64,000 nucleotides of DNA, taken from assembly GCA_040756435.1 (NCBI GenBank), contig JBFLZD010000011.1, positions 7,971-71,970 on the forward strand, written 5' to 3'. The notes below the pieces were generated by a model, which saw only the letters and a program-made list of their open reading frames with translations, did not search any database and was not told the origin of the DNA. The stretch's first letter is position 1. Each line of letters begins with the position of its first letter. This stretch comes from Spirochaetota bacterium (GTDB taxonomy: Bacteria; Spirochaetota; UBA4802; UB4802). Positions 9,840-20,131 of this stretch are shown one piece after another. A program made the position numbers and the translations under genes.

Positions 9840-10682
9840 TCATCCCAATAAATGCAATACCAACTGAGGCTTGAAATTAGCCTGAGCCAGCATCGCAACA
9901 CCACTCTGGACGAGGATCTGGTCCTTTGTAAACTCAACCATTTCGGCTGCCATATCCGCATCCCGTATACGGGAATCAGCAGCTAACATATTCTCATAGG
10001 ACATTGCCAGAGCATTGATGGTATTTTCCATCCTGTTGTAGTAGCCACCAAGGTCTGCCCTTTGCCGATTCAGCTTATCTAAAGCTGCATCGATATACCC
10101 TATCATGGCATTTGCCTGACCAACAGTGGAAATTGACCGTTTTCGGTTCCCATCATAAAGGTTTAAAGCCTTGGCACTCATCGTAGTAATAAAGGCTCTA
10201 ATCCTTTGCCCCTGGTTTGGCCCAATATGGAAGAATATGCTTCCTACTCGCGAATTGCGCGCATAAATGCCGGTGAGCATCTTCATACGGTTGAATTCAG
10301 CGGATGTTGAAATCCTGTCGATTTCATCAATAAGCTGTGACACTTCAACCTGAATCTGCGCACGGTCGGCATTTGAATAAATTCCATTGGCAGCCTGTAC
10401 CGATAGCATCCTGATCCTCTGCAGAATATCATTAATCTGCTGTAATGATCCTTCGGCAACCTGTATAAACGAAAGCCCATTTTCGGCATTTCGTTCAGCC
10501 TGGAACAAACCGTTAATCTGTGTCCTCATTTTTTCAGACACAGCAAGCCCCGAAGCATCATCGCCAGCTCTGTTAATCTGCTGGCCGGATGCCAACCGCT
10601 CAATGGACTTATCCATTCGCGATGAGACGATCTTAAGCTGCCTGTTAGCGAATATAGCGCTTAAGTTGTGATTGATTCTCAT
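9840..10682 (-). CDS. Flagellin (paralog 1)
   Basis: 280 aa. MRINHN...[30 protein letters not shown] and C-terminal [15 protein letters not shown]...[22 protein letters not shown]. These are the conserved flagellin D0/D1 domains with no variable domain, as in spirochaete FlaB or Bacillus Hag. Strong RBS aagggaggg. Confidence 0.9.
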   Translation of the reverse strand: MRINHNLSAIFANRQLKIVSSRMDKSIERLASGQQINRAGDDASGLAVSEKMRTQINGLFQAERNAENGLSFIQVAEGSLQQINDILQRIRMLSVQAANGIYSNADRAQIQVEVSQLIDEIDRISTSAEFNRMKMLTGIYARNSRVGSIFFHIGPNQGQRIRAFITTMSAKALNLYDGNRKRSISTVGQANAMIGYIDAALDKLNRQRADLGGYYNRMENTINALAMSYENMLAADSRIRDADMAAEMVEFTKDQILVQSGVAMLAQANFKPQLVLHLLG

Positions 10683-10746
10683 AAACTCTCCCTCCCTTGA
10701 ACGTTTACAGGATATCCCGGTATTTCTATTGAGATATCTCAGGATT

Positions 10747-10767
10747 TTTCAGTATGTTCATCATGAA
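10747..10767. promoter_or_regulatory. 21-bp perfect palindrome in the flagellin 5' region; candidate operator
   Basis: GTATGTTCAT c ATGAACATAC, with 10-bp arms. It lies 65-85 nt upstream of the paralog-1 start codon. Confidence 0.3.
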
Positions 10768-10999
10768 CATACCGGGTCTATTGTCAGACCAGGGGTTTTC
10801 TCCCCAATGTTGCCCGGACTGCCCATCATCCAGACCTCATCAGCTGCCGTGATTCCGGCAGCCGGTGACGCCCTCCCATCATCACCGGCCGCCAGAACAA
10901 GCAGCCGAATAGAAAGGACAGCCCCGGTACAATCGTCCAGGGAGAGTGAGAATCATCACATAAGTTTTCAAAGAACCGTTAGGTGTGTCCCCTATCTGA

Positions 11000-11848
11000 T
11001 TACACAAGTAATCGTAACACCGATTGGGGTTGTAAATTAGCCTGTGCTAACATTGCAGTGCCTGACTGCACAGGGACTGTGTTCTTGGTAAATTCTACCA
11101 TTTCTTCAGCCATATCAGTATCCCGGATACGGGATTCTGATGCCTGAACATTCTCATACGCGGTCATAAGCCCCTTGGCAGTATGCTCAAGCCTGTTATA
11201 ATAGGCACCTAAGTCAGCACGCTGCTTGGAAAGCTTCTGTAGTGCTGCATCCATAACACCAATGGTTGCATTTGCACCACCTGGTGATGTCAGTGTAATA
11301 GCTACTTTACCGGTAGCATCTTTCATCTTGAAAGCCTGAGCTGTCATGGTTCCAATGAATACCCTGACGCGCTGATTGGCGTTAGGTCCCATATGGAACC
11401 ACATGCTTGACTTTGGATTAATCTTGGAGAACTCACCGGTTAATATTTTGAACCGGTTAAATTCTGCCTGCGATGCTATACGGTCCACTTCATCAACCAG
11501 GGCAGATACTTCAACCTGAATAAGTTGACGATCTGCGTTGGTATAGATACCGTTTGCAGCCTGAACCGCCAGAACCCTTATTCTCTGGATAATCTGGGCA
11601 GTCTGTGCTAAATACCCTTCTGCAGTCTGAACAAACGACATACCATCTTCGGTATTTCGTTCAGCCTGACGCAAACCCTGGATCTGGGTTCGCATCTTTT
11701 CAGACACTGCCAAACCAGAAGCATCATCGCCAGCTCTGTTTATTCTTTCACCAGACGATAGCTTCTCCATGCTTTTGTTCACACTCCACTGTGTGAACTT
11801 CAACGTTCTGTTAGCATTTACAGCACTCATGTTGTGGTTGATAATCAT
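11000..11848 (-). CDS. Flagellin (paralog 2)
   Basis: 282 aa. [18 protein letters not shown]...[31 protein letters not shown]. About 70% identical to paralog 1. RBS aaggagtg. Confidence 0.9.
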   Translation of the reverse strand: MIINHNMSAVNANRTLKFTQWSVNKSMEKLSSGERINRAGDDASGLAVSEKMRTQIQGLRQAERNTEDGMSFVQTAEGYLAQTAQIIQRIRVLAVQAANGIYTNADRQLIQVEVSALVDEVDRIASQAEFNRFKILTGEFSKINPKSSMWFHMGPNANQRVRVFIGTMTAQAFKMKDATGKVAITLTSPGGANATIGVMDAALQKLSKQRADLGAYYNRLEHTAKGLMTAYENVQASESRIRDTDMAEEMVEFTKNTVPVQSGTAMLAQANLQPQSVLRLLV

Positions 11849-12215
11849 TTTACACTCCTTTGCACATTAGTTTTGGCTTCCCTGCCATTAATTACACCTC
11901 ACCGGGCAGACAGTGCAGTGTAATGGTGAGCAGCAAAAACGCTGCCTTGTTCCAGGCTTGTATCTGGGCTCATACAAGACCAGAACCACTGAAAGGCCAA
12001 GCCTGGAGTGATGCTATCAAACCACAAACCCCAACAGGTGTTTTCAAAGACCAACGTCAGGAGACACTACTCCCTGCTCGACTTTTCGTCACCGTAGGCC
12101 TAAAACATGAATGCTAAAATTTCCAGTTTTTCGTTATTTATTATGGATTAAACGTAATTATTGTAAAATATGCTTTTGTTTTCTCTTTTTTTTAATATTT
12201 TTCAATATTTTTATA

Positions 12216-13430
12216 TTATATTGCAAGAGGTGCCCTTCCACAGCATTTTTTAAATTTTTTACCAGAACCACACGGGCAAGTGTCATTACGCTGCAACTGG
12301 TTAAATTTTCCTGATTGTACTGATTGCTGTAATTTACTTACCCTTCTTACCAATTCCTTTTCATAGTGCTGGTAATGCTCAAAAAGCATCTTCCATGCTT
12401 CACACAATTTGCTTGTACCTCTTTGATTTATAGTAGAAGTAAATCTATACCTGGTGCAATCTCCCATACAAAAATTATTAATGCTGCACATACTGCATTC
12501 GGTTGTGGTTTCACGTTTAAGCAGTGCAAATGTATTGCGTTTTTCATTATTCAAAATTTCCTGTAAGCGATAGTTCATAATATTGCCTAATTGCCACTCT
12601 GGATACACAAAAAAATCACAGGGGTAACAATCGCCATTGTGCTCCACAACGATATATGAATTGCATTCACCAAGCCAGCAACATGACGTTTTTGCACCAT
12701 AAGAATACATAAGAAGATCCTGAAATAACCTGATGGAAACATAGGGAAAACCATCCTGATACCATGCATCAAAAAGCTCACAGTAAAAATTCCCCAGATC
12801 CTTTCCACTGATACTGTATGGCATACTATTTCCCTGTTCATCGTGTTCAAAACAGGGAATAAACTGTAGATAGGCAAAGTTATTGTTTCGGAAGAAGTCA
12901 TAGATTTCACGTGCTTGTGCAACATTTGCATTGGTTACTAATGCAAGGATATTGTACTGCACGGCATATTCATTCATAAGAGCTATCGCATCCATAACTT
13001 TTCCAAAGGTACCATGCCCTGCATAATCTCTTCTATAGGTATCATGAATTACCTCTGGTCCATCTAAGCTTATGCCAACCAGAAAATTGTTACGTGATAA
13101 AAATTCACACCACTGCTCATTGAGAAGAATTCCATTTGTTTGAAGTGAATTTTCTATGATTTGAAAATTTTTCTTTAAACGGTTTTGAACAGTAACTATC
13201 TCCCTAAAAAAATCAAGACCGGCTAACGTTGGCTCACCACCCTGCCAACACAATGAAATATACGTTGAACCAGTATCAATCGCTGCTTTTATTAATGTCT
13301 CAACTACATCAAACGGCATTATTTGAAGACGCCCCGGGTATACATCAACTACCCGTTTGTAAAAACAGTAATTGCATGCTAAATTACAATGATATGAAAC
13401 CGGTTTTACTAAGATTGAAAGACTTTCCAT
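12216..13430 (-). CDS. Radical SAM / SPASM-domain enzyme (anSME-like) with a C-terminal SEC-C metal-binding motif
   Basis: CNLACNYCFY is a CxxxCxxC radical-SAM cluster. GGEPTL is a SAM motif. The C-terminal half carries a SPASM-type Cys cluster (CCWLGECNSY...DCYPCDFF...CSMCSINNFCMGDC). The tail CPCGSGKKFKKCCG is a SEC-C motif. Confidence 0.8.
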   Translation of the reverse strand: MESLSILVKPVSYHCNLACNYCFYKRVVDVYPGRLQIMPFDVVETLIKAAIDTGSTYISLCWQGGEPTLAGLDFFREIVTVQNRLKKNFQIIENSLQTNGILLNEQWCEFLSRNNFLVGISLDGPEVIHDTYRRDYAGHGTFGKVMDAIALMNEYAVQYNILALVTNANVAQAREIYDFFRNNNFAYLQFIPCFEHDEQGNSMPYSISGKDLGNFYCELFDAWYQDGFPYVSIRLFQDLLMYSYGAKTSCCWLGECNSYIVVEHNGDCYPCDFFVYPEWQLGNIMNYRLQEILNNEKRNTFALLKRETTTECSMCSINNFCMGDCTRYRFTSTINQRGTSKLCEAWKMLFEHYQHYEKELVRRVSKLQQSVQSGKFNQLQRNDTCPCGSGKKFKKCCGRAPLAI

Positions 13431-13836
13431 CGCACCTATGTGACCTTGTGATCATCCCTTTAAAAATTTAGAAGCATTAAAAGCATATATTCACACAAAG
13501 TAATTGCAAGCAGATTTATGAAGTTTTTCATTATTTTTGTTGCCTTAATATTGCATGAGCATTACACTTCATTAATTCTTATGGGCACCTCTAAAAACCA
13601 CTTTCATCATTATAAATGCAATAAAGAGAAAGCGGTTTTATCCTATGTTTTGTGCCCACACGGGAACATCCAAAAAACAGTTTTTAGAAGTTCACGTATT
13701 CACAGGGGAGATTCACTATGGCAGTAGATATTCAATTAGTAGAAAATTCAAAAAGTAAAAAGGAGAATTCAAAGTTTTAAAATTTAAATCTAAAAAAGAA
13801 TTACAAAAAGTTGCTGATGATGTCATCCATGTATTC

Positions 13837-14298
13837 ATGAAAACTTTAAGTGATCATGCCGGAAATTATGAACTGACTAAACCTGAATGTGACTATATAG
13901 TAAAAAGTTTATTGCAGGTTGCCAACCCTGAACTTATAAAAATAATTACTCACAAAGATACAATTATTGGTTTTCTTTTTGGCTTTCATGATTTATCAGG
14001 TGCATTACAAAAAGCAAATGGGAAGCTAACCCCTTTATCTATTTATAGAATTATACGCGAATACAAAAAAACCAACTGGATACTGGTTAACGGGATGGGT
14101 ATACTTCCAGAATTTCAGGGATTGGGAGCCAATGCGGTATTATATGCAGAACTGGAAAAAACCATACGGCAATTTTCTCAGTTTAAACACTTAGAAATGG
14201 TGCAGATACAGGAAACTACAAGTAAAATGCTTAGTAATGTTAAAACATTAAATGGAAGGACATTCAAAACTCATCGGATGTATCAGTTAGCAATATAA
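13837..14298 (+). CDS. Hypothetical protein, possibly GNAT-like acetyltransferase fold
   Basis: 153 aa. NGMGILPEFQGLGANAVLYAELEK resembles GNAT motif A. No clear RBS; the start is uncertain. Confidence 0.4.
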   Translation: MKTLSDHAGNYELTKPECDYIVKSLLQVANPELIKIITHKDTIIGFLFGFHDLSGALQKANGKLTPLSIYRIIREYKKTNWILVNGMGILPEFQGLGANAVLYAELEKTIRQFSQFKHLEMVQIQETTSKMLSNVKTLNGRTFKTHRMYQLAI

Positions 14299-14457
14299 CC
14301 TGGTAATAAAATGAACATTTCACACTATATGAATATCAATTACTAACACAAAACCTATTTTGTAATTCATCAGATTGTATTTTATTTGACAATCCATTAT
14401 CGGTTGAAAATATTGCTTCAACACTAATATATACTATATCAGGTAATGGAGATCGGC

Positions 14458-15945
14458 ATGAAAAAATTAAAAGTATTTTGTACGATAGCTCTTGTTATTG
14501 TGGCAATGGCTATGCCACTTGTGTATGTAAGTGCTGGTTACGCTGAAGCAGCACACCCTGCTGTTACAGCAGAATCCACCCAAGCACCACATGGCGGGCA
14601 TGACATTGGTACAGAATTGCCACTATGGTCAGTGCTGCCGTTTGCAGGGATATTACTCTCAATAGCGCTTTTTCCTTTATTTGCCCCTCATTTCTGGCAT
14701 CATCATTTTCCAAAGGTGTCAGCATTCTGGGCTCTTGTTTTTGCAATCCCCTTTGTTATTTCCTATAAAGGGATAGCTGCACATGAAATTCTGCATATTT
14801 ACATCATTGACTATATCCCTTTTATTATTTTATTATGGGCATTATTTACCATTTCAGGTGGTATCCTGGTACGAGGTACATTGAAAGGCACTCCGTTAGT
14901 TAATTCCACCATACTGGTTATTGGCTCTTTGCTTGCATCATGGATTGGGACTACCGGTGCGTCAATGCTGTTAATACGACCAATTCTGCGCTCCAATGCT
15001 TGGCGAAAACACAAAGTACATACCATTGTATTCTTTATATTTCTTGTAAGTAATATTGGTGGTTCATTAACACCACTTGGTGACCCACCCCTATTTTTGG
15101 GCTTTTTACATGGGGTGCCATTCTTCTGGACATTAACACATCTTTTTACTGTCTGGGGATTTGCAGTAATAATACTATTGTTGATTTATTTCATTATAGA
15201 CTCTTATTTCTATAGTAAAGAAGACAAATCCAAGGAAGAATATGGTGAAAAGCAGGCGCTTAAAGTGGAAGGTTGGCACAATTTTATTTTCTTAGCTGGT
15301 GTGGTTGGTGGTGTTTTATTCAGTGGTCTGGTAAAATTGGGTGAAGTCAATATATTAGGTGTACATCAATCAATAGAAAACCTTATCAGGGATGCTGTAC
15401 TCATCATCATGGGACTGCTATCACTTAAAACTACCTCTCAGCAAATACGAAAAGACAATGAATTTACATGGTTTCCCATTCAGGAAGTTGCATACCTGTT
15501 TGCTGGAATATTTATGACTATTATTCCTGCCCTTGCAATATTAAAAGCTGGTGAACATGGTGCACTTGCATTTTTAATTAATGCAGTAAAACAACCTGCT
15601 CACTATTTTTGGGCAACGGGTTCCCTTTCCAGTTTTCTTGACAATGCCCCAACATATTTAACGTTCTTTAATACAGCACTGGGCAGCTTCTATGCCGGCA
15701 TGCCCGAAATTGAAGCTGTACACCGACTGATAGCTGAACAAAACGTATATTTACAGGCAATAGCAGCAGGTGCGGTATTTATGGGTGCCAACACCTATAT
15801 TGGCAATGCTCCTAACTTTATGGTAAAATCAATTTCAGAAGAAGCGGGAATACGAATGCCAAGTTTTTTTGGGTATATGTTTAAATATTCAATTCCCATT
15901 CTTATTCCTGTTTTTATACTTGTAACTTACGTATTCTTTAGATAA
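14458..15945 (+). CDS. ArsB/NhaD-superfamily permease (putative Na+/H+ antiporter NhaD-like)
   Basis: About 495 aa polytopic membrane protein. Motifs GDPPLFLGFL and GANTYIGNAPNF resemble the ion-transporter-superfamily NhaD/YbiR group. The ATG at 14458 is preceded by ggag; an upstream ATG at 14446 is also possible. Confidence 0.6.
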   Translation: MKKLKVFCTIALVIVAMAMPLVYVSAGYAEAAHPAVTAESTQAPHGGHDIGTELPLWSVLPFAGILLSIALFPLFAPHFWHHHFPKVSAFWALVFAIPFVISYKGIAAHEILHIYIIDYIPFIILLWALFTISGGILVRGTLKGTPLVNSTILVIGSLLASWIGTTGASMLLIRPILRSNAWRKHKVHTIVFFIFLVSNIGGSLTPLGDPPLFLGFLHGVPFFWTLTHLFTVWGFAVIILLLIYFIIDSYFYSKEDKSKEEYGEKQALKVEGWHNFIFLAGVVGGVLFSGLVKLGEVNILGVHQSIENLIRDAVLIIMGLLSLKTTSQQIRKDNEFTWFPIQEVAYLFAGIFMTIIPALAILKAGEHGALAFLINAVKQPAHYFWATGSLSSFLDNAPTYLTFFNTALGSFYAGMPEIEAVHRLIAEQNVYLQAIAAGAVFMGANTYIGNAPNFMVKSISEEAGIRMPSFFGYMFKYSIPILIPVFILVTYVFFR

Positions 15946-16017
15946 CATAATATCCAAAGGATAAGGATATTCCATTGTCCTTATCCTTTGCCAATAACAA
16001 TTAAAAGAGGTGGTAGT

Positions 16018-16602
16018 ATGGCAAAAACATTTTATGAAGTAGTACTGGAAGGTCATTATAACTTTGTCTATGGGATGCTTGAGGGATATAAATTAGCTGC
16101 AGGGAAAAATTTTACTTACTATTTAAGTCAACAGGTTAATGTAAAAGCTACAACGCTTTCTGAGGTACTTAAAGAATTTCTTACCCTTAAAAGTAAGTTA
16201 CAATATGTTATTATTGAAGCTAATTCATGGAAAAAATTTGAAGCAGCTGTTAAAAAACAGCCTGAAAATTCACTCATTAATAAAAAATATATTAAGTCAG
16301 TTAAAAAGATTGAAAGTGCTTCATTTGAATTTAACTTTGAAGCCTATGCCAGAAAATATGGTGATGAAATAAAGAAAATACTTAAGTCATTACCTAAATC
16401 AATTAAGCTTGTTGACTATGCACCAAAAGAAGAAGTTCATAAAGATGCAAAAGGAACTGAACTGTATGCACCTGACCATGAATATTCATTCAAAGGTAAA
16501 GGTAAATTAGTGGGTGACATTGAAACAACTATTTCATTCAACAAGAAATTTGACGAGCACCCCTTAATAGATGTATCTACTATCAGTTTACAATTGAAAT
16601 AA
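16018..16602 (+). CDS. Hypothetical protein
   Basis: RBS agaggtgg 6 nt before the ATG at 16018. Lys-rich; no motif recognised. Confidence 0.45.
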   Translation: MAKTFYEVVLEGHYNFVYGMLEGYKLAAGKNFTYYLSQQVNVKATTLSEVLKEFLTLKSKLQYVIIEANSWKKFEAAVKKQPENSLINKKYIKSVKKIESASFEFNFEAYARKYGDEIKKILKSLPKSIKLVDYAPKEEVHKDAKGTELYAPDHEYSFKGKGKLVGDIETTISFNKKFDEHPLIDVSTISLQLK

Positions 16603-16765
16603 GAAAAATATTAATTTCACGGCTGTTTCAGGCTGCTGGGAAGTGAACATTATTACACATGTTGTTCATGGATTTTCATTCAGGAATGAATAGTATACTC
16701 CGATACTAATTACGTGTATCATCATATAGATTACATTTTTTTAATGAGATAGAAAAATAAGAACC

Positions 16766-17722
16766 ATGAAAAAAACATTAGCAATTAGTATAATCAGTAT
16801 TGTTTGCATTGCTTCAACTATTATATATTCAAAGTACAGGATGTCTTCTTTTGAACCCCAATATATAGGGTTTCTTACTGTTGAAAACAGCACCATTATA
16901 AAACAATTAGATTCATTATTACAAAAAACAAATATAGCAGGTATCAGGGGTAATAAAGAATTAGCAAAATGTTTAGAGGAACAGATTAAATCCTTGAAGC
17001 AATTATCACTTATTGCAATCGCTGATAATGAATACAGTGTTCTTATTGCAGCAAAAAAAGATAGAGTTATTAATCAAAAACTTTTTGATGCAATTATTAC
17101 TGATATTTCCCAGAAAAAGCTATTGCCATCAACAACATTTCCACAAATCACACGGTACTATAGCAATCATAAATATTACTTTTTTATTTATAATGCTCCA
17201 CAGTATACTATTATCACAACATATAGCTTTGTGCTTCCCAAAAATCTTATTATTAAATTAGCACTGGAAAACCTTCTCATTGTTATTATGTTTATCATCA
17301 TTGGCACTGCTATCATTATCACACTTCAACAAAAAGCTAGCAAACCAACCTCAATGAAGGAAGAAAAAACGAAAATAAAACCACATACGCCAAACCCCGT
17401 TGAAGCACTCTGCCAGCAATTTTCAATTATTTCAGTAACTATCGCACAACAAAATAAAAAAGGTAACCTGCAAACCATTTACAGCCACCCTGATAAAAAA
17501 CAAAACGTATACCTGCAACCAGAAATAATTAATGAATTGCTTAATGGCGTACATATACTTGCAGAAAAAAATACAGTATTAATTTTTTATAATGACACCA
17601 CTCAACTTTTTTTCAGACTGGTTAAACATCAGGCTTTTAAAGGAAAAACAATACAGGATATTGAAACGTTTATAGACAATAACAGTGTCTTACTTCTTAA
17701 ATTTTTGAAAATAAAGAAATAA
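16766..17722 (+). CDS. Hypothetical membrane-anchored protein
   Basis: 318 aa with an N-terminal TM segment and a second TM (LLIVIMFIIIGTAIIITL) in mid-protein. This topology resembles a sensor. Confidence 0.45.
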   Translation: MKKTLAISIISIVCIASTIIYSKYRMSSFEPQYIGFLTVENSTIIKQLDSLLQKTNIAGIRGNKELAKCLEEQIKSLKQLSLIAIADNEYSVLIAAKKDRVINQKLFDAIITDISQKKLLPSTTFPQITRYYSNHKYYFFIYNAPQYTIITTYSFVLPKNLIIKLALENLLIVIMFIIIGTAIIITLQQKASKPTSMKEEKTKIKPHTPNPVEALCQQFSIISVTIAQQNKKGNLQTIYSHPDKKQNVYLQPEIINELLNGVHILAEKNTVLIFYNDTTQLFFRLVKHQAFKGKTIQDIETFIDNNSVLLLKFLKIKK

Positions 17723-17739
17723 ATGTTTTTAATTTACCA

Positions 17740-18294
17740 TTAGCGTTTTGTAGCCACAATAGCATAATGATATTGCCCGGCTTGAAGAATATTCACAATT
17801 TTAAATCCACGTTGATATAGTGTTGCGGTAGCCTGATCAACAGATAACTTGATATCCATAGATGGGCCAGGAATACCTTCCCTTTTATAAAAATCAATAA
17901 TTATCAGTAACCCTTTATCATTCAGCGACTTTATTGTATTGCTCATTGCAGCATCAATTTCATTATTGTAGACAAGCCCATGCAGAACATTAATCATGAT
18001 GATTGCGTCAGCTTTCACAGGAATATTTTTTGTTATATCACCAAGCATTGGCTGTATATTGGTAACTTGTTTATCTTTTACTATAATAGTTAGATTATCT
18101 ATTGCCTGTTCATTATAATCCATAGCATAAATTATTGAATCAGGAAACTTTTCAGAAAGGGCAAATGAAAAATATCCATCTCCACAACCAACATCCAGAA
18201 TATGCATTCCATTTGTAAAAGGCAGTTTTGCAATGAGTTCATTTGCATTTATACATGCACTGCTTGATTTTCCTTTGTGTTCGTGTTTTTGCAT
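17740..18294 (-). CDS. Class I SAM-dependent methyltransferase
   Basis: ILDVGCGDGYFS is motif I. Small Rossmann-fold MTase of 184 aa. RBS aaggaga. Confidence 0.8.
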   Translation of the reverse strand: MQKHEHKGKSSSACINANELIAKLPFTNGMHILDVGCGDGYFSFALSEKFPDSIIYAMDYNEQAIDNLTIIVKDKQVTNIQPMLGDITKNIPVKADAIIMINVLHGLVYNNEIDAAMSNTIKSLNDKGLLIIIDFYKREGIPGPSMDIKLSVDQATATLYQRGFKIVNILQAGQYHYAIVATKR

Positions 18295-18510
18295 TGGATC
18301 TCCTTACGGTATATTTTTGTAATTTCTAAAAACAGTAAAAAGAGTCAATTTAATAATTACCTCTTTATAATGTTCAACATCATAATTCAATTATAGCGGA
18401 AAAACATGTATGTATAAATAAATATTTTACAGTAATCATAAAAATATTGCACTATAATGCGTAATACATACATGGTGTTAATAACATACTATAACGATAT
18501 CACCATTATC

Positions 18511-19245
18511 ATGAAAATCTATAAGAACATTCCCATTATTTACGAAGACAATCACATCATAGTAGTGGAAAAACCAGCAGGTATCTTAAGTCAGAAAGAT
18601 TTTACCAATACTGATTCAGTGCTTGAAATTATTAAGGAATATATCAAAACTACATATAATAAGCCAGGCAATGTGTTCCTTGGTCTTGTTCACAGGCTTG
18701 ATAAGCAGGTCTCAGGAATCATGGTATATGCAAAGACATCCAAAGCTGCTTCACGGCTTTCGTCTCAATTCAGAAGCCATGATGTTATCAAGGTATACTG
18801 TGCAGCTGTACAAACTCCCATCAGCACTGATACTGCATGGCATACAATACATGACAAAATCACAAGGCACCATGACAAAACACTGATTTCAAGTGATAGC
18901 CATACTGCCATTCAAGCATCACTCAAATATAAAATCATCTATACTGAGCCAACATATTCTCTGGTATTGATTCAACTGTATACGGGCAAAAAACATCAGA
19001 TACGTGCACAGCTGTCGCATCTGGGCATGCCTATTGTTAATGACAGTAAATATGGTGCTACCGCACTATTACCCCAAACTGCAATTGCTCTGCATGCAGT
19101 GTACCTGCAATTTTTTCATCCTGTTACAAAGAAACAAATATCCTTTTATTCCAAACCAGGGGGCATTATAACTTCAATATTTGCTACCATTGATGTTGAC
19201 CATGTAATCAAAAACGCATTAACCCATGAAGGTTATTCATTATAA
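18511..19245 (+). CDS. RluA-family pseudouridine synthase
   Basis: HIIVVEKPAGILSQ, the catalytic Asp motif LGLVHRLDKQVSGIMVYAKT, and HQIRAQL. The first ATG in frame is at 18511; the ORF track starts earlier at an alternative start codon. Confidence 0.8.
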   Translation: MKIYKNIPIIYEDNHIIVVEKPAGILSQKDFTNTDSVLEIIKEYIKTTYNKPGNVFLGLVHRLDKQVSGIMVYAKTSKAASRLSSQFRSHDVIKVYCAAVQTPISTDTAWHTIHDKITRHHDKTLISSDSHTAIQASLKYKIIYTEPTYSLVLIQLYTGKKHQIRAQLSHLGMPIVNDSKYGATALLPQTAIALHAVYLQFFHPVTKKQISFYSKPGGIITSIFATIDVDHVIKNALTHEGYSL

Positions 19246-19265
19246 CATTTTGGGCGATAGTTACC

Positions 19266-20087
19266 ATGATAATTAGTGCCAGCCGACGAACCGACATCCC
19301 TGCCTTTTATTCACAGTGGTTTATGGATTGCATACAAAAAGGTCATTGCACTGTTACCAATCCATTTAATCCCAACCAGACAAAAGAAGTGTCGTTGCTA
19401 CCATCAGATGTTGAAGCAATAATCTTCTGGACACGATACCCTGTAGGACTTATGAAACATTTAGACCAGTTGACTGATTCGGGATATCGTTATATCTTTT
19501 TATACACCATTACTGGTTATCCCAGATGGCTTGAGCCTTGTTCACCGGAATTACAGCACACAATACGGGCTTTTAAAGATATAAGCAAAATGCTTGGACC
19601 ACAAAAAATAATATGGCGCTATGATCCAGTAGTGTTTTCAAAAGAATTGGATTTTGATTTTCACATAAAAAATTTTACTGCAATAGCACAACAATTACAG
19701 GGCTACACACAAAGGGTTATTATTAGTATTATGGAACCATACAAAAAGGTTATACGCAGGATACAACTATTGCATGAAAAAGAAATTGTATTACACCCAA
19801 TGAATGTTTTTGGAGAAGATGCGCTTTTCAACTTTTTTACCCGTATAGCCTGCATAGCTTCTAATTATAGCATGCAGATTCAAAGTTGCTGCAGTAATCT
19901 CACTGAATATGGAATAGCATATGGAGCATGTATTGACGGCAACCTTATCAATTCTGTTTTTGGATTAGATTTAAATCCTGGTAAAGACCCATATCAACGA
20001 AATAATTGCCTGTGCTCAAAAAGTGTTGACATAGGAAGCTATAACACATGTAAGTTTGGTTGCATATATTGCTACGCAAACAGGTAA
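19266..20087 (+). CDS. DUF1848-family protein
   Basis: N-terminal MIISASRRTDIPAFY and C-terminal Cys residues (CKFGCIYCYA) are typical of DUF1848. Confidence 0.55.
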   Translation: MIISASRRTDIPAFYSQWFMDCIQKGHCTVTNPFNPNQTKEVSLLPSDVEAIIFWTRYPVGLMKHLDQLTDSGYRYIFLYTITGYPRWLEPCSPELQHTIRAFKDISKMLGPQKIIWRYDPVVFSKELDFDFHIKNFTAIAQQLQGYTQRVIISIMEPYKKVIRRIQLLHEKEIVLHPMNVFGEDALFNFFTRIACIASNYSMQIQSCCSNLTEYGIAYGACIDGNLINSVFGLDLNPGKDPYQRNNCLCSKSVDIGSYNTCKFGCIYCYANR

Positions 20088-20131
20088 GGTATACAAATCA
20101 ATGTTTTACGTTTTATCTGGTACTTACATCT

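Noticed and set aside
10672-11040. 122-aa plus-strand ORF spanning the GC-rich flagellin intergenic region
   Set aside because: It overlaps the start of one flagellin gene and the stop of the other. It has no RBS and a Pro/Ser-rich low-complexity translation, produced by the GC-rich island.
13518-13727. His/Cys-rich 69-aa ORF divergent from the radical SAM gene, considered as a RiPP precursor, and a 20-aa ORF at 13718-13780 with RBS
   Set aside because: It has a hydrophobic N-terminus and only two Cys, unlike SPASM substrates. It has no RBS and the arrangement is divergent rather than co-directional. I kept it only as a remote possibility.
20060-20131. Upstream extension of the PabB-like ORF (track start 20060)
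   Set aside because: It overlaps the 3' end of the DUF1848 gene. The ATG at 20132 gives a protein of the normal short-PabB length.
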